Notes under the pieces: generated by a model | The model's input: only the letters and a program-made list of their open reading frames with translations | Told to the model about the DNA's origin: nothing | The model's database searches: none | Program-made: the position numbers and the translations under genes | Part shown: piece by piece, positions 29,061 to 41,700 of the stretch | Position numbering within the stretch: the first letter of the stretch is position 1 | Layout of the letters: every line of letters begins with the position of its first letter | NCBI GenBank assembly: GCA_023334545.1 | Contig: JAADVB010000127.1 | Location: 1-52,088 of the forward strand | Length of the DNA: 52,088 nucleotides | Direction of reading: 5' to 3' | Source: Salisapilia sapeloensis CBS 127946 | Taxonomy: Eukaryota; Protista; Oomycota

Positions 29061-30486
29061 CCTGATTTAAGTTTCCTTGAGTTTCAATCGGCCGAATGAA
29101 AAGTGAGCCGTCGAGATGTCTGCGAGAAAAATTATCGCGTGCAACTGTCAGATGGGAAGATCGCAAACTGATTCGTTTCTGTACGAAGGCGCTGGGTTTC
29201 TCATGGCCGCGACATGGAGAGTAGGCTTCAAGGGATCTTTGCTGGCGTTACCTTTGTTACAGGATTGCTCCAGTAACATTCGCCTGCGCCAGCACCGAGA
29301 CAGAGTCTGTCGGGAGAGACTGGGAGCTGCCGCGTCTCTACGCATGTTGATCATCCTTTTCAATCGGAAACATCGAAACGGCGGGCGTTTTGACATCCGT
29401 GTGAAGAGTCAAGCCTCGCAGTTTCACAGGATACGGCCGATCAAGAGAAGCTTGGACCCTTCGCTAGTAGAGTTCTCAGACCTTCTGCCGTAGGAAAATT
29501 AGCAAGAGGTCGAGCTCCAGTCGATTGTACGCTCGTCATGACCATACTTGGATAGAGACGACGATGGAAGGGAGGGCGCGCCACCTGCAAAAAGTCGGAT
29601 GACAGGCTGATGCGCTTCACGAAAAATGGGACATGGCTACATATATTGGCTTCTGCGCGCATATCGCACGAGTTTCCATGCATCCTGATGGAAAGGTGGA
29701 GACTCTGAGATGTGTACAATCGGATGCCAAGGTGTATCGCAAGGTCTCCTTCACCTAGCGTAAACTGAAGGTACATTGCTCTTTTCTTGCTCCCGGTCAT
29801 TTTAAACATCTGAAACTTTGTGCGCCGCCCATCACGATAAAATGGTTCTAAATCCCTCTCTTCGTTCAGTTCAGTGCATTCGACCAGTTATCCAGATACT
29901 CGTACTTTAATCTGCGTCAACTCTTTCGTTGCAAGTGAGCATGGACCCAGTCACTTGGATGCCTCCAGTTGGTAGAAAGTTGGAAGAGAGTGACCGTTCG
30001 ACCACGAGTCTTGACCTGAGCTGCTGCGCGACTTGAGCCCAGCGAAAGGACGCGAATAAAGTAGCGACAAGCTGTCTTACATCCACGTTCTTTGTGATGA
30101 TCGACTAAAGTTGAAGCAAGGTAAATGGTACCAGACATAGTTACTTGGAACGCGGAGGAAAGCAGAGGTAGGAATGTGATCGAAGAGAAAGAGGCAGAAA
30201 GATGTCAAGAGCTATTCAAGGTTCGAATACGGTCAGGCAGCATATCTGTCGGAGAATCAGAATATGCTGGGCAATGATAGACCCAGTCTGCACTTAATAG
30301 ACGCTTGCCAACTAACGCTGTCGTGGCCAGCAGATTGACTCCTGGAACGCGTCTCGTCTTCGCCTATCAGCCAAGAGAAACGGACAGCATGCTATCCTTG
30401 GTATTTATTCAGCAAGATTGGTGAAACGTGGTTGCTCCTGAGATTTATGTAATTAATGTGTATGGACGTCGACAAAGCTTTTCTGT

Positions 30487-31003
30487 CTACTGTCGCTGGG
30501 TCTTCGCAAGTTCCAGAATAAATTTCCCTTCCTTGTACTTTTGCTCCTCGTCATGCGCATGTTCCTAGTCAGATTGACTGAATATGATGGAAAGAAAGCA
30601 GTTAATAGATGACAGACGTACGTATTTCCACCCGACTGGGCTACTGCAAACGTTGCAGAAGAGGTCTACGACGATATGCAAGCCAGTCATGAGCTTCCGC
30701 TCTTCTTGTGGTCCCGTCATCACATTCACCCTACGTGCATGTAATTGCACAGTAAGTGCAGGACTAGGTAGATGGAATGTAATAAAGGAGTACGCTTTGT
30801 CAAAGAGATAGGCCTTGCCACTGCGGCCGTGAAAGTTCTACAGATACAGCATTTATTGACGTCCTCTACCCGACACCAATTCCATAAAACGCATTCAGTC
30901 ATACTTTTGAGACGATCTCGATATCAGAGGACAGGTGCGTCTGACATTGTCGACAAGCAAAGATCTTGCCGTCGTCCAAGTACTCCCGAAAGACTCGGCC
31001 CAT
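30487..31003 (-). CDS. YPEL: Yippee-like zinc-binding protein, 4 exons (missed by the ORF track)
   Basis: Introns 30904-30838, 30793-30731 and 30621-30565 give [85 protein letters not shown]. Confidence 0.95.
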
Positions 31004-31291
31004 GCTTCTCGGCGGTTGAAGATTTTCTTGTGCTGCGTATTTAGCATAGTTCAATATGATTGGCGGAAAAGACACTGCGCATTTAACAATCGGATTTTCA
31101 AAAAGCAAAAGACGGCCAAGCGGAGGCAGCGCCGGAGCAAGTGCAACGTCGTCTCTCTTTCAGTAGCCGTCGGAAGCGAAAAGCGACTAGCTGACGTGAA
31201 TCTATACGCTCCATAACGTTGTTGGGTGCTCTGGTATATTTTAAAGACGCTCAAAACCCACTTTCCGCATTTATTTTAAACTCGTCCAACG

Positions 31292-33104
31292 ATGGCGGAA
31301 GCGGCAGGGACGAACCGCAGGCATGTGACTGCAGAGTCGAATGTTAAAAAGGGCAGTTTATCTCCACCTGAGACTCGGAAGCGAAAGCGCGATGCGCTCG
31401 TGAATATTGAAAACAAGGAAGAAAAGGACGCGGCGCCCACAGCACGTACGCTGAAGGCGGGAAGCAAAGGACAGAAAGGTGCAGGAAAGAAGCCTGTGCA
31501 AAAGAAAAAGACAGTGACAAAGGAGACCCAGCAAAAGGGCAAGAAGCCCAAGACAACCGGGCAGGTACCATCCAAGCGACAGACTAGTCTGCTCTCTTTC
31601 CACACTGGCGCAAAGGCTAGTAAGAAAGTGGAGACCATAGAGACAGAAGACACAGAAGTAGAAAAGGTATCACTTATTTATGAAATCTATGTGTGCAGTT
31701 GACATAGAACTGACATATAAATGACTTTAGCCAGCTGCAACTGGCATCAGCGATGTGTCTACACTAGTAGATGAAGAAGAGGCTAGCCAGTCAATAGATG
31801 ATACGGTTGAAAACACTCCTCCAGATGTCCCAGTAGTAAATCCAGGCCCGAGGGTTGTTCGGATCGATGCGAGCAACCCACGGGCGAGTAAAGGCCTCAT
31901 CCCCTGCGCGCCACGCCCCTACACTTTTAAATTTGACCACAGAGGTATGTCGTTAGCTTGTATAGCCTGATAAATTGCGTTTGAGCTGATCTTTTAAACG
32001 CAGGCTCTGGTTTTAGCCACGAAACGTATGTTGCTCAAGTGAGAGATGTTGATGAGCAAGCTCCTGTTGGACTGACAAGTATGAACTGGTCGACTTCAGT
32101 CGGAAAGCTTTCGCAGGAGGTTGCGAACTTTAACCGGAAGCATGAAACCAAGTATAGAGCTTCGTCAACGTATTTGGACGACGTGCAGACTGATTTAAAC
32201 GCCAAGATGCGTACTATCCTCGTGGACTGGCTGACAGAAGTGGCGGATGAGTACCACCTTTCAGCAAGGACTTTCCACAAGGCGGTACGTTTGCTCTTCA
32301 AAATCTTTCGCTGGTCGAAATGCTCATGTTTGTGGAACAGGTGAATCTGATGGACCGATGCCTGGCGATCTTCAAGATCACTCGTCGGCAGTTCCAGCTG
32401 CTCGGTTGCGCCTGCATGATGGTGGCGTCCAAGTTTGAAGAAGTGTACGGTCCGAACGTGGACGAATTTGTTTATATTTCCGACCAGACGTACACAGCGG
32501 AAGAGGTTTGTGTCTTGATGTTGATACAATAGCATGACATCTGCTGAGTGATGTGATCTAGATGCTGGAAATGGAAAAGAAAGTGGTACAGGCACTTGAG
32601 TATCGCGTCGCGTCGACCACTTGCTATGCTTTCTTCCCTCGACTCGTGGCGGCCGGATGCGATACGGACAAGATAAAGCATCTCGCAACGGTACATCCTC
32701 GATAGATATTGCTACTCCAGCTGGATCGACTAATCTTGTGTCATAAATAGTACTTGTGCGATCTAGCCTTGTTGAGCTACCGGATGCTCGAGTTCAAGCC
32801 GTCGATCATCGCCTCTTCCTGCGTCTATTTGGCGAGACTGACGGCTCGAGACAATGAATCTGTATTGCCGTGGACACCGACGTTGCATCACGTGTCAACG
32901 TACAACGCGTGGGACCTGTACGAGTGCGTCGAGCTGCTGCAGTGGGTGCACGACAAGGAAGCCAGCGTGGTCCTGAACGACCGGGAGAAGGCCAAGGCGC
33001 TGAGTGAAAAGTACATGAGTGAAGACTTGCTGTCCGTAAGTGCGTTGCGTCCGCCGAGTCCGGAGCAGGTGCAGCGTAGCTTCCGGAGCTTTGGTCGTCC
33101 GTAA
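31292..33104 (+). CDS. Cyclin A-like mitotic cyclin, 6 exons
   Basis: Introns 31667-31730, 31945-32003, 32285-32340, 32506-32561, 32691-32750. Cyclin box MRTILVDWLTEVADEY, QLLGCACMMVASKFEE, FVYISDQTYT, MLEMEKKV, YLCDLAL..FKPSIIASS. N-terminal D-box RDALVNIEN. Confidence 0.9.
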
Positions 33105-33397
33105 TCTTTCGTCTTTTGTTAAACACGCGACCTTTTTACCAGCGTTTTAGCCCCTCGTGTGTGTCCTGTGATTGGCCGAAACCGTCGTTCGACGCAAACT
33201 TCGAGAAGGTCGCTCGGTAGGGTCGCAGGCGGCGGGTATACAAAGACCGAGTGCAGCGACTGGCCGGAACCATTGGCTCCAGCAGTTCAGTCTTCATACA
33301 AAGTCGTATACAAGGCAAACCTCGAAAGGGAGGAAAAGAAACCAAGTTCAGCAAGTCGACGCAAGACACACACTCTCTCTACTATCTATCATAGACC

Positions 33398-34708
33398 ATG
33401 TTCGGCGGCGGATTTGAAAGCTTCTTTGGCGGCGGATTTGAAGGCGGTCCCGGCGGGCCGTCCAAGCCAGTGGACAACAACAAGTTCTACGAAGTCCTCG
33501 GCGTTGGGAAAGATGCGTCTGCGGCAGAAATTAAAAAGGCCTACCGGAAGTTGGCGCTAAAGAACCACCCGGACAAGGGCGGTGACCCGGAACTCGTACG
33601 TTTAGTTGAGTCAAAGCTAGCATGTGCATGATAATAACTGTGGATATCCTAGTTTAAAACCATTACGGTCGCGTATGAAGTCCTTTCGGACCCAGAGAAA
33701 AAGGAACTGTACGACCAGTACGGCGAAGAAGGTCTCCAGAGCGGAGGCGGCGGAGGCGCCGAAGACATCTTCTCCCAAATGTTCCGTGGCGGCGGAGGCA
33801 GAAGGCGCACGGGTCCGCAGCGTGGCGAAGATCTCACCCACCCACTCAAGGTCTCCCTCGAAGACTTGTACAATGGCAAAACAGTCAAGCTCGCCGTCAA
33901 CCGAGACGTCTTGTGTGGCAAGTGCGAAGGCCGAGGTGGTGCGGAAGGCGCCGAGCGTACGTGCGAGACGTGCCAGGGCCGAGGCATGCGCGTGCAGCTC
34001 CGACAGATCGCCCCGGGTATGGTCCAGCAGATGCAGTCGGTATGCCCAGACTGCCGTGGCCAGGGCAAGAGTATCCGCGAGAGCGACCGGTGCAAGTCGT
34101 GTAAGGGTAAGAAGGTGACCAAGGAACGCAAGGTCCTCGAGGTGCACATTGAGAAGGGCATGCGCAACGGCCAGCGCATCACATTCTCCGGGGAGGCCGA
34201 CCAGGCTCCTGACACGCTTCCTGGCGACATCATCTTTGTGATCCAGGAGAAGGAGCACTCGACGTTCCAGCGCAAGGGCGGCAACCTTGTGATGGAGAAA
34301 AAGATCACGCTCGTGGAAGCCCTGTGCGGCTTTGAGATGATGGTCGAGCACTTGGACGGCCGCCACCTGCACATTAAGACCCGGCCAGGCGAGATCATCA
34401 AGCCGGACCAGTTCAAGGCGGTCAACGGCGAGGGCATGCCGACGCACGGCAACCCGTTCGTCAAGGGCCAGCTCGTGATCGTGTTCAAGGTGCAGTTCCC
34501 AGAGAGTGGTAGTTTATCGGAGAAGCAGCTCGCGACGCTGCGGCAGACGCTCCCAGCGCCGTCGCCGATGCAGCCGTCGGAGGACGCGGAAGAGTACTTT
34601 TTGTCCGAGTTTGATGCGGAGGCCGCTCGGCAGCAGCAGGACTCGAGGGAAGCGTATGACTCAGATGAAGAGCGCGGCGGCCAGCGCGTCCAGTGCCAGC
34701 AGCAGTAA
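33398..34708 (+). CDS. DNAJA: Type I Hsp40 co-chaperone (DNAJA/Ydj1), 2 exons, farnesylation CaaX
   Basis: J domain with HPD ([10 protein letters not shown]); intron 33596-33652; G/F region; four CxxCxGxG repeats; C-terminal CQQQ. Confidence 0.97.
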
Positions 34709-34890
34709 GCTTTTGGCAATGGACTTGTGCATTTCCTTTTTCCCGAGATATTCGAGTATGCTAGAGTACACGAGGCTTTCTCCTACACGTTTCTCTTCTA
34801 GTTCCTTTCTCCTTTGAAGTGATACAGTACGAATGGACATGGAAAGGCAGGTCTTAATCGTCCGGTGTATTACGTTAACCAGCGAATGAT

Positions 34891-35305
34891 TTATTCGTCC
34901 ACCGTCTCGGTTTCCAAGCCCTTGAAGCTGGTCACCTGCACGTGCTGCACGAGCGTGTAGAGCTTCTCCTTGGCCTCCTCGTCGTCGTTGCGCTTGCGCG
35001 AAAGACGGACGCGGACGCGCATCGGGACGTTGCGGACACCCTGCGACCAGATGAACTTGTTCAGCTTCGGGTCGAGGCGGACGTCCTGCGTGCCCATCTC
35101 CTTCTGCGCGAACTTGCGGACTTCACGCATGGCACGAGCGGCCTTCTTCTTGAATTGGCTATTGGCATGGGTTAGACGAGGTAACACGATGCGAGTTACA
35201 TGGACAAACGTACGTCTTGTAGACGCGCTTGTGGAGGTGGATGGTGTAGTCGCGAGCGACAACATCCGGGGAGCGCTTCGTGCGTTGCTTCTGGTCCTTC
35301 ACCAT
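34891..35305 (-). CDS. RPL31: 60S ribosomal protein L31 (eL31), 2 exons
   Basis: Intron 35213-35159 joins [17 protein letters not shown] to [50 protein letters not shown]. Confidence 0.97.
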
Positions 35306-35732
35306 GATTAAGTTGGGATTTGCCTGCGGAGTTGGCGACCTGCTTTCGCTTGTGCTCAAAGGGAGAAGAGCTTTGCTGGCCAAGCGCACGCCTATACTTA
35401 GCTCAAGTCACGCTGGCCAAAGCGTCCCAGCCAGTCAACATGTAGCTCCGAGTCATGTAAGTTTACAGGGACGGTCAAGGCTTTATGGGACAGAGGGGTA
35501 AGGTGACCGATTAAGTACGAATGATAATCTCGACGGACTACTTGCTGGAATGGAGGATCTGTCCTACCACTTTCTTCGACTAGAGGTGATATCTCTCAGG
35601 TGCTTACCTAAATGACGTATCTGTTGAAAGCAACTGAAATGAGAAGAGGGACAGACAATCAAATTGGAATAAAAGCTGTCTATTAATCTTTCTAGATTGC
35701 ATCCTGCACTACTTGCAGTCACACTTGCTTCA

Positions 35733-37300
35733 TTACTGGCAGTCTAGACCACGACTTTCCAAGTTTCAAATGCGAGTTCCGTCAATCGCCTACCACAAAC
35801 CATATTTCAATAGGGCTTTATAGCTATCAACAGGGATAAACACGTACTTGGCTTCCTCGGTAGTCGGAGAGACGTAGATGTTGCTCCTCGTCGCTGCATC
35901 GCTTGCAAACTTGGCGTCCTGCAGAACTTCATGGACATACTCTTTGACCTTGGCACCTTGAAACTCCATGATCACTGACGCTTCTGATCCTGCCGACTGA
36001 GCAACCTACAAGAACAGACACATTGGTAATCTAGGTTACCACATGTAAATCATACATCAATGCACCTGCAAGCTGTCTGGGCTTTCCTTGAAAAAGTCTT
36101 TTTGTTGGCCCGATGAGAACTGCATCTGACGCGTTTGCAGTAGCTGCACTGCATTTTCTTTTTCGTCTTCGCTTTTATTCACCATCGCTTGGACAAATTC
36201 GATCATCAGTCTTTCCGTTGGCTATTGAAAGACGTTAATTTATCGCTCCATATTCAAGAACCGAATGTGCAACCTTGATAAAGCACACAATCAACGTAGA
36301 GTCAGTGCCATTCCGGGCCTTGGGTCCAAGCGTGATGGGTACGATAAGCTGCTTGGCTTCAACCGTCAGCCCAACATCTTCAGCAGTCGCAATAGGAAGC
36401 CCCCATAAGGCCACTACACCATCCTCGAAGGATGTGGTACGAAGCGACGGTGTTAAAGGCGTTTGAGAACAGACCATCGGAAGTGCCGTCCAATCACCAT
36501 GGTCAGGAGTGAAGTTGTAAACCTATTTGAAGCGGCCAGTGTGATCAGCATCCAGTTTGTTTGCTGAAAATGTGAGTCCATCCTACCTCGCTCCACTTGT
36601 TATTCCAAACGGAGAAATTGTATCTCGCCATTTGCTGCTGGAGTGAAAAGTAGCTGAGCGGGAAGCATCCGAGTCGTAAGTTCTTGGATGTCTCAATGAT
36701 CGGTTCTACAGTTTCTACTGAATACATTTATAGTTCTAACGATAAGCGACAATAACTCTGACCTGTTGAGCTGTAGAGATAGACATCCGTGTCTTCACAG
36801 TCTCTTGTTCGGAACTGCTGCACAGCGCAAATGATGGTGCATCCTTTACAATTGCGCATGAAAAGACTGCCTTCACACGGACCGACGAAAATCCGGCAGC
36901 GTTCGCAATAATCGATTTGGACGTTCGAACAGTTATCCAAGACGAAAAGATCGCAATCATTACAGTCTTCAATCAAGAACTGCTGTCCATTAATGCACCC
37001 AGGCATCCTCGCTAAACAGGAAGGTGACTTGATATTGGAAAAGATAAAGTCTTCTCGTCTTAAGTTTGGGTCTCGGCCGAACGTCGGTGCTGGTTTGGCA
37101 GGCGCAGGTTGTTGATTATCAGCTGAAGACTCGCTTTGAGTCTCAGGTTGGGTAGGTCCAGGCTTTGGGACCTCCACCGATGTCTCCGAAGTACCTTCAG
37201 GATGACTAAAATCATCTTTTGACGGTCCATTGGCTGCTGATTTGGCCGCAGGAATGTCCGATCCTAGCGTCGTACCACCTGCATGACAAATATTGCCCAT
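35733..37300 (-). CDS. RP2: RP2/XRP2 (ARL3 GAP; TBCC domain + NDK-like domain), 6 exons
   Basis: MGNIC N-acylation motif; PGCINGQQFLIEDC..VQIDYC..IFVGPCEGSLFMRNC..QQFRTRDC (catalytic Arg); introns 36762-36706, 36586-36523, 36273-36222, 36065-36006, 35847-35790; EPIIETS, SVWNNKWSEVYNFTP, VPITLG, LLQTRQ. Confidence 0.9.
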
Positions 37301-38772
37301 TTTAAGTGATAGAATCGATGGTAACCAAAGCCTTAGTGGTGATTTTATGCTTGAGCCGCCGTGCAGTCGTTTCTAAATAAAAAGATAACGGTTTAAAACT
37401 TATTAGGCAAGCTTGAAACTCCTCTCAAAGAATAGATTATGATGAGCAAGCAAATGCGTTCAACCCCTTCCACGACGACATCCTTTATCCAAGTCGCTAC
37501 GTCAAATAAGCGTACTGCACTAGAGTTTCAATTCACATTCGCAGTGGAAACTTGGGTAAAGTGAAAGCGTAAAATAATTTTAAACGCAGTAGGTTCGGAC
37601 GAGAATACTTGAAAACATTCGGATCTGCTGCATGTCATAGCCATTTCTTTTTATTGCGAGTATGAAAGCAATGCAATTCAATGATAGAAGTCTAACACAG
37701 TTCCAATGTAAGTTCTGCATTTAGCGTCAACCGTCAAGCTCCGCCTCAAATTTCTGTCAGATTCTCGTAAATGATCCGACGGTTCCAAGTCATGGTGAGC
37801 TCTGAATTAGCATGCTCTATTACCAGTTCCTTCGAGTCATGGTCGCATAGAGGAGAACGAGTTTTAAACTAGATGGGTGCTTATCGAGCATTATTCGAGG
37901 ATTATAAAGCTCAGGTTATTATCAACGTCAAGGAGGAGAGTGGCTATCGGGATTACAACTTTGTCTAGTCTGTGGGATGGATTTCAATATTCTCAGGGTT
38001 AGCTTTTAAATTAGATTATTGCGGATCGAGGGTTGATACAAGCATCCGCTCTACTACAAGATACCGTTTAATAGTACGACACCACTTTTAAGTCTTTGCA
38101 AGTTTCTTCTTCGTTGTGCTATAGAAAGTTTACAAGGGTATCCAAGTAGCTTACATCAATATTGAACCAATTTTCCACTACAATTTATAAAGCTTTACCC
38201 TGCACTGAATCCCCAACGAATCGAAAAGAGTGCAGGATAACATTGATACAGAGTGAACTGCCTACATACTTGATGCTTTGCTACTGTAGGAGGGTGGAAA
38301 ATAAATCGATATAAGTGGCGGTTTAAGGATAGAGGGTCAGTCGTGTCAAGAACACGTGAGCTGCATGGATTATACCGTCTGCTGAACAAAGGCTTCCTCG
38401 CACGCTGTCTCTGCCTGAAGTTCGCAGATCAGCTATGCGTGCCTCAACTGCATCCCTCGTATTGAAGCACATGAGATGCAAATGGTACTTGCTACAGTCG
38501 CTACTTCGCACTTGATGCGGTGCTAGTCGAACCGAAACCTAGCAAGTCTCAGTTGAAGTTTGATGTAGCTATCCGTGTCTATGTAAAATTGCACTTTACA
38601 GACAATTTGGCAAATTCTCGATAACGAGTAGTTCACAAAAGACAGGTACGCAAACCTCTTTCGCCCAGTATGCACCTGCCCTTTCGTGCGGCACTTTGCC
38701 ATCTGGTATCTCCATCCCATCCGACTTGAAAGGATCATAGCATCTCCCACTTTGCTGATCACAAAGAAAAGA

Positions 38773-41700
38773 ATGCAAGCGTACTCGTCGCCTTCGACGT
38801 CGCCGCTGAGCTCACCCATGGCGCAAGCTATGTCGCTCGTAAAGGAGGACGAGGAGCGTCGACAGGAAGCGCAGCGTCTGCGAACGAATATTGAGCGATT
38901 CGTGGACGGATTCATGGACGGCGTGTACCCGTTGTCGGAGCTACTGAACGAATCGTTCACGTACGAGATGCTAGAGCTCCTCTTCAAAAGGATGACGGCC
39001 AAGCTGCGTGGACTCCTCTTTTCGAAAGAACGCGTGCTAGAATTTATAAGCATTGCGCTGGATCCGTCCGAGCGGTATCATACGCGTCGACTTGCGACGT
39101 CATTTTTAGTCATCGGGGCGCCCCCAACCGAGACTTTGATGGAGTGTAATGCACCAGAGGATAAGCACGAGTGTGATTGTATGTGGGATCTGATTTTTAG
39201 CGCTTTGAAGAAGGAAGCAGAGACCAAGGAGGAGCAGGTAGAGGTGGAAGCGAGCTTGAAACCAAAGCGCGCGAGCCACCGTAGGGCATCGACGGCCGAG
39301 ATGAGCCAGATCATTAATCAGGAGGTGACGGCCATTGCGAACTGTGGCGCAGAGTCCTTAGAGCGTACGACCAAAGAGCAGATGAAGACTGCGGCCGAGT
39401 CTTCCGACGAGACGGACAATGCGAGCGACTCGGACGACGAGACAAGTCCTTCCCACGACAAGAACACTAACGAGATGAAGTCGGAGCTGCAGAAAGAAGA
39501 TTCGGACGCAGACGTGTCCAAGGTGGTGAGTCGCACAAGCGCCATGCTGGCGTCCCAGATCCTCCGCTATCTTGCTGTTCGAGGCTACAAGGCTGTGTGC
39601 ATCCTCCGGTACTTGTCCAGCCACGAGAATATCATCTTGCTGCTGCTGGCGAATCTAGGCCACGATGACATTCGTATCTTTCTGTTGCATCTCATCTACG
39701 CCGATCATTCCGAAGAATCGCTCTCGTATATGTACCAGACGCGACTGATCGAGCGTCTCATTAAGACGGTAGTCATGGCACCACCACCACACGACGCCTT
39801 TGAGCGCGATCGAGTGGAAAACGCTTTCTTACTGCTGCGAGAGATTGTCCATGCGCCGTATTTAACTCCTCGAGGTGTCGCCATCTCTGCCAAGACCATT
39901 CCGCTTGATAAAGTGACAGGGCAGCCAGAGTACGTGAGTATCTCTGGAGCATCTCGCGAGACAGCTAACTCGTCTCTACGCAAGTACACGAGTCGCAAGG
40001 TCCGTCGACTGGTCCATTTGTTCCTGGCAGACGAACAATCGGCGATGACGAGTCTGTTTGAACGACTGATCCCAGAGCTTACGTTCTGGAGCAGTCCTCT
40101 GAATATGGGCAACAAGGCGCCGGCGCGTCCCGTGCCCAAGATGTCGACCGAGTCCATGGCGTTGTTGGAGCAAGGACATCCGCGACCGACGTGTATTACG
40201 ATGCTGACTCACTTGTTTGAACTGACGGAGACAGTAGACTTTTCAGAAGAATCTGTCAAAGCACAGGAAGAGGATAGCAAGCGCATGGTCGAGTCTTCTG
40301 CTATCCTCGCTATCGACTGCCTCAACTTTAACTGCCACACGCACTTGATGAAGCGGGGCGGCGTCTTGCATCTGAAAAAGCTCAAGAATGAGCTCCAGCA
40401 GTGTCAGCTGAGCGTCAACTGCATGATGGGTCTGCGCGTTGCGTCCAACGACGTCCCACCGGCGTCGTCCGGGTCGCTCGATACGAGGCTTACGCCGCAA
40501 CGAGGCGTCCAAATGTCCTTGACGCTGGATGAAATTGAAAAAGTGGAGGAGTCGCCGTGGCATCACCACGGCTTTTGCGTCCACGTGAAGAAGAACGCGA
40601 TGAGGGAAGGCAAGGAGAGTGTGGTGCGTAGTAAGGAGTACTTTGCCGTCGAGTCGGATGAAGAGAGAGACGCGTGGATGCAGTTGCTGCAGCAGGTGGT
40701 GGATGGAGACTTGGCAGAGCTGGAGATCTTCTGCAGTGACGACTGGCGATCCAACGTGAGAGAGTACAGGCACCTGCGAGAGTCGCTAATCACTCGGATG
40801 CAGGAGAAGGGCCATGAGCTCATGGTCTTTCTGAAGCAGGTGGTGGTTCTGGACACGAGGGCTGCCAGTGGGTACCACTTGTGCGCCGTGGTCAAGTGTC
40901 TGTACGCAGCGCTGACGAACGAGTCGAAGCGTCTGGACGCCATGTTCGCCAATTCTCACCTGCTGGACATTCTCCTTACATGCTATGAAAAGTTCCCTCG
41001 ATGGAACCTGCTGCTGGGCGAGATCACCAAGATGCTCGTCTTTATCTTTGGCGACTTTAAAGGCAAACGATCTCGTCGGTGTCCACTCGTGAGGAAGCTT
41101 TTGGTGACGGAAGGACCGGACGCGCATTTGTTCCCACTCTTGTCTGAAGCGTTTGAAGCGAAGCAGTTGAGTAGTGTGAATAGTCAGACGATGCTTACGA
41201 GCAACCCCTTTGAAGGCACGGATGCACTAGCGAATTTGAAACTGGTGCTCCAGGCCATCCGATTGTGCCACTCTTCTCCTTCTAGTCCCAACCACCAAAG
41301 AATACAAGCGACGGTGGAGCAGGATCACAAGTGGAAACACTTGCTAGAGACGGTCGATGTCACCTTTGCTCCTCCGTCGGAAGATATTGACATGACGACG
41401 GTAGATAGAATCGCTCCTTCCTCGCCAACGTCTAGTAACAAGAGCAGCGAGAGTCGTAGTAGTAGCTCTAGTAGTACCATCTCCATGCCTCCTGCGCCGT
41501 CTCCTCCGTCGTTCCAAGAGGACATCATCAACCAGATCTCCCGACCTAGCTACTCGTCTGCTCATGGCTTTGGCAGTTCGTTCCTAGAAGGAGACGGGTG
41601 TGCCTTCGGATACTTGTTCAAGGAACGAAGCCTCGGGAAGGACTGGCAGAAGGTGTTGGTCGTGTACGAGTATGAGAGCCACAAGCTCTGGTACTTTTAC

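Noticed and set aside
33617-34719. 276-aa and 356-aa minus-strand ORFs over DnaJ
   Set aside because: Antisense shadows of a strongly codon-biased, highly expressed gene.
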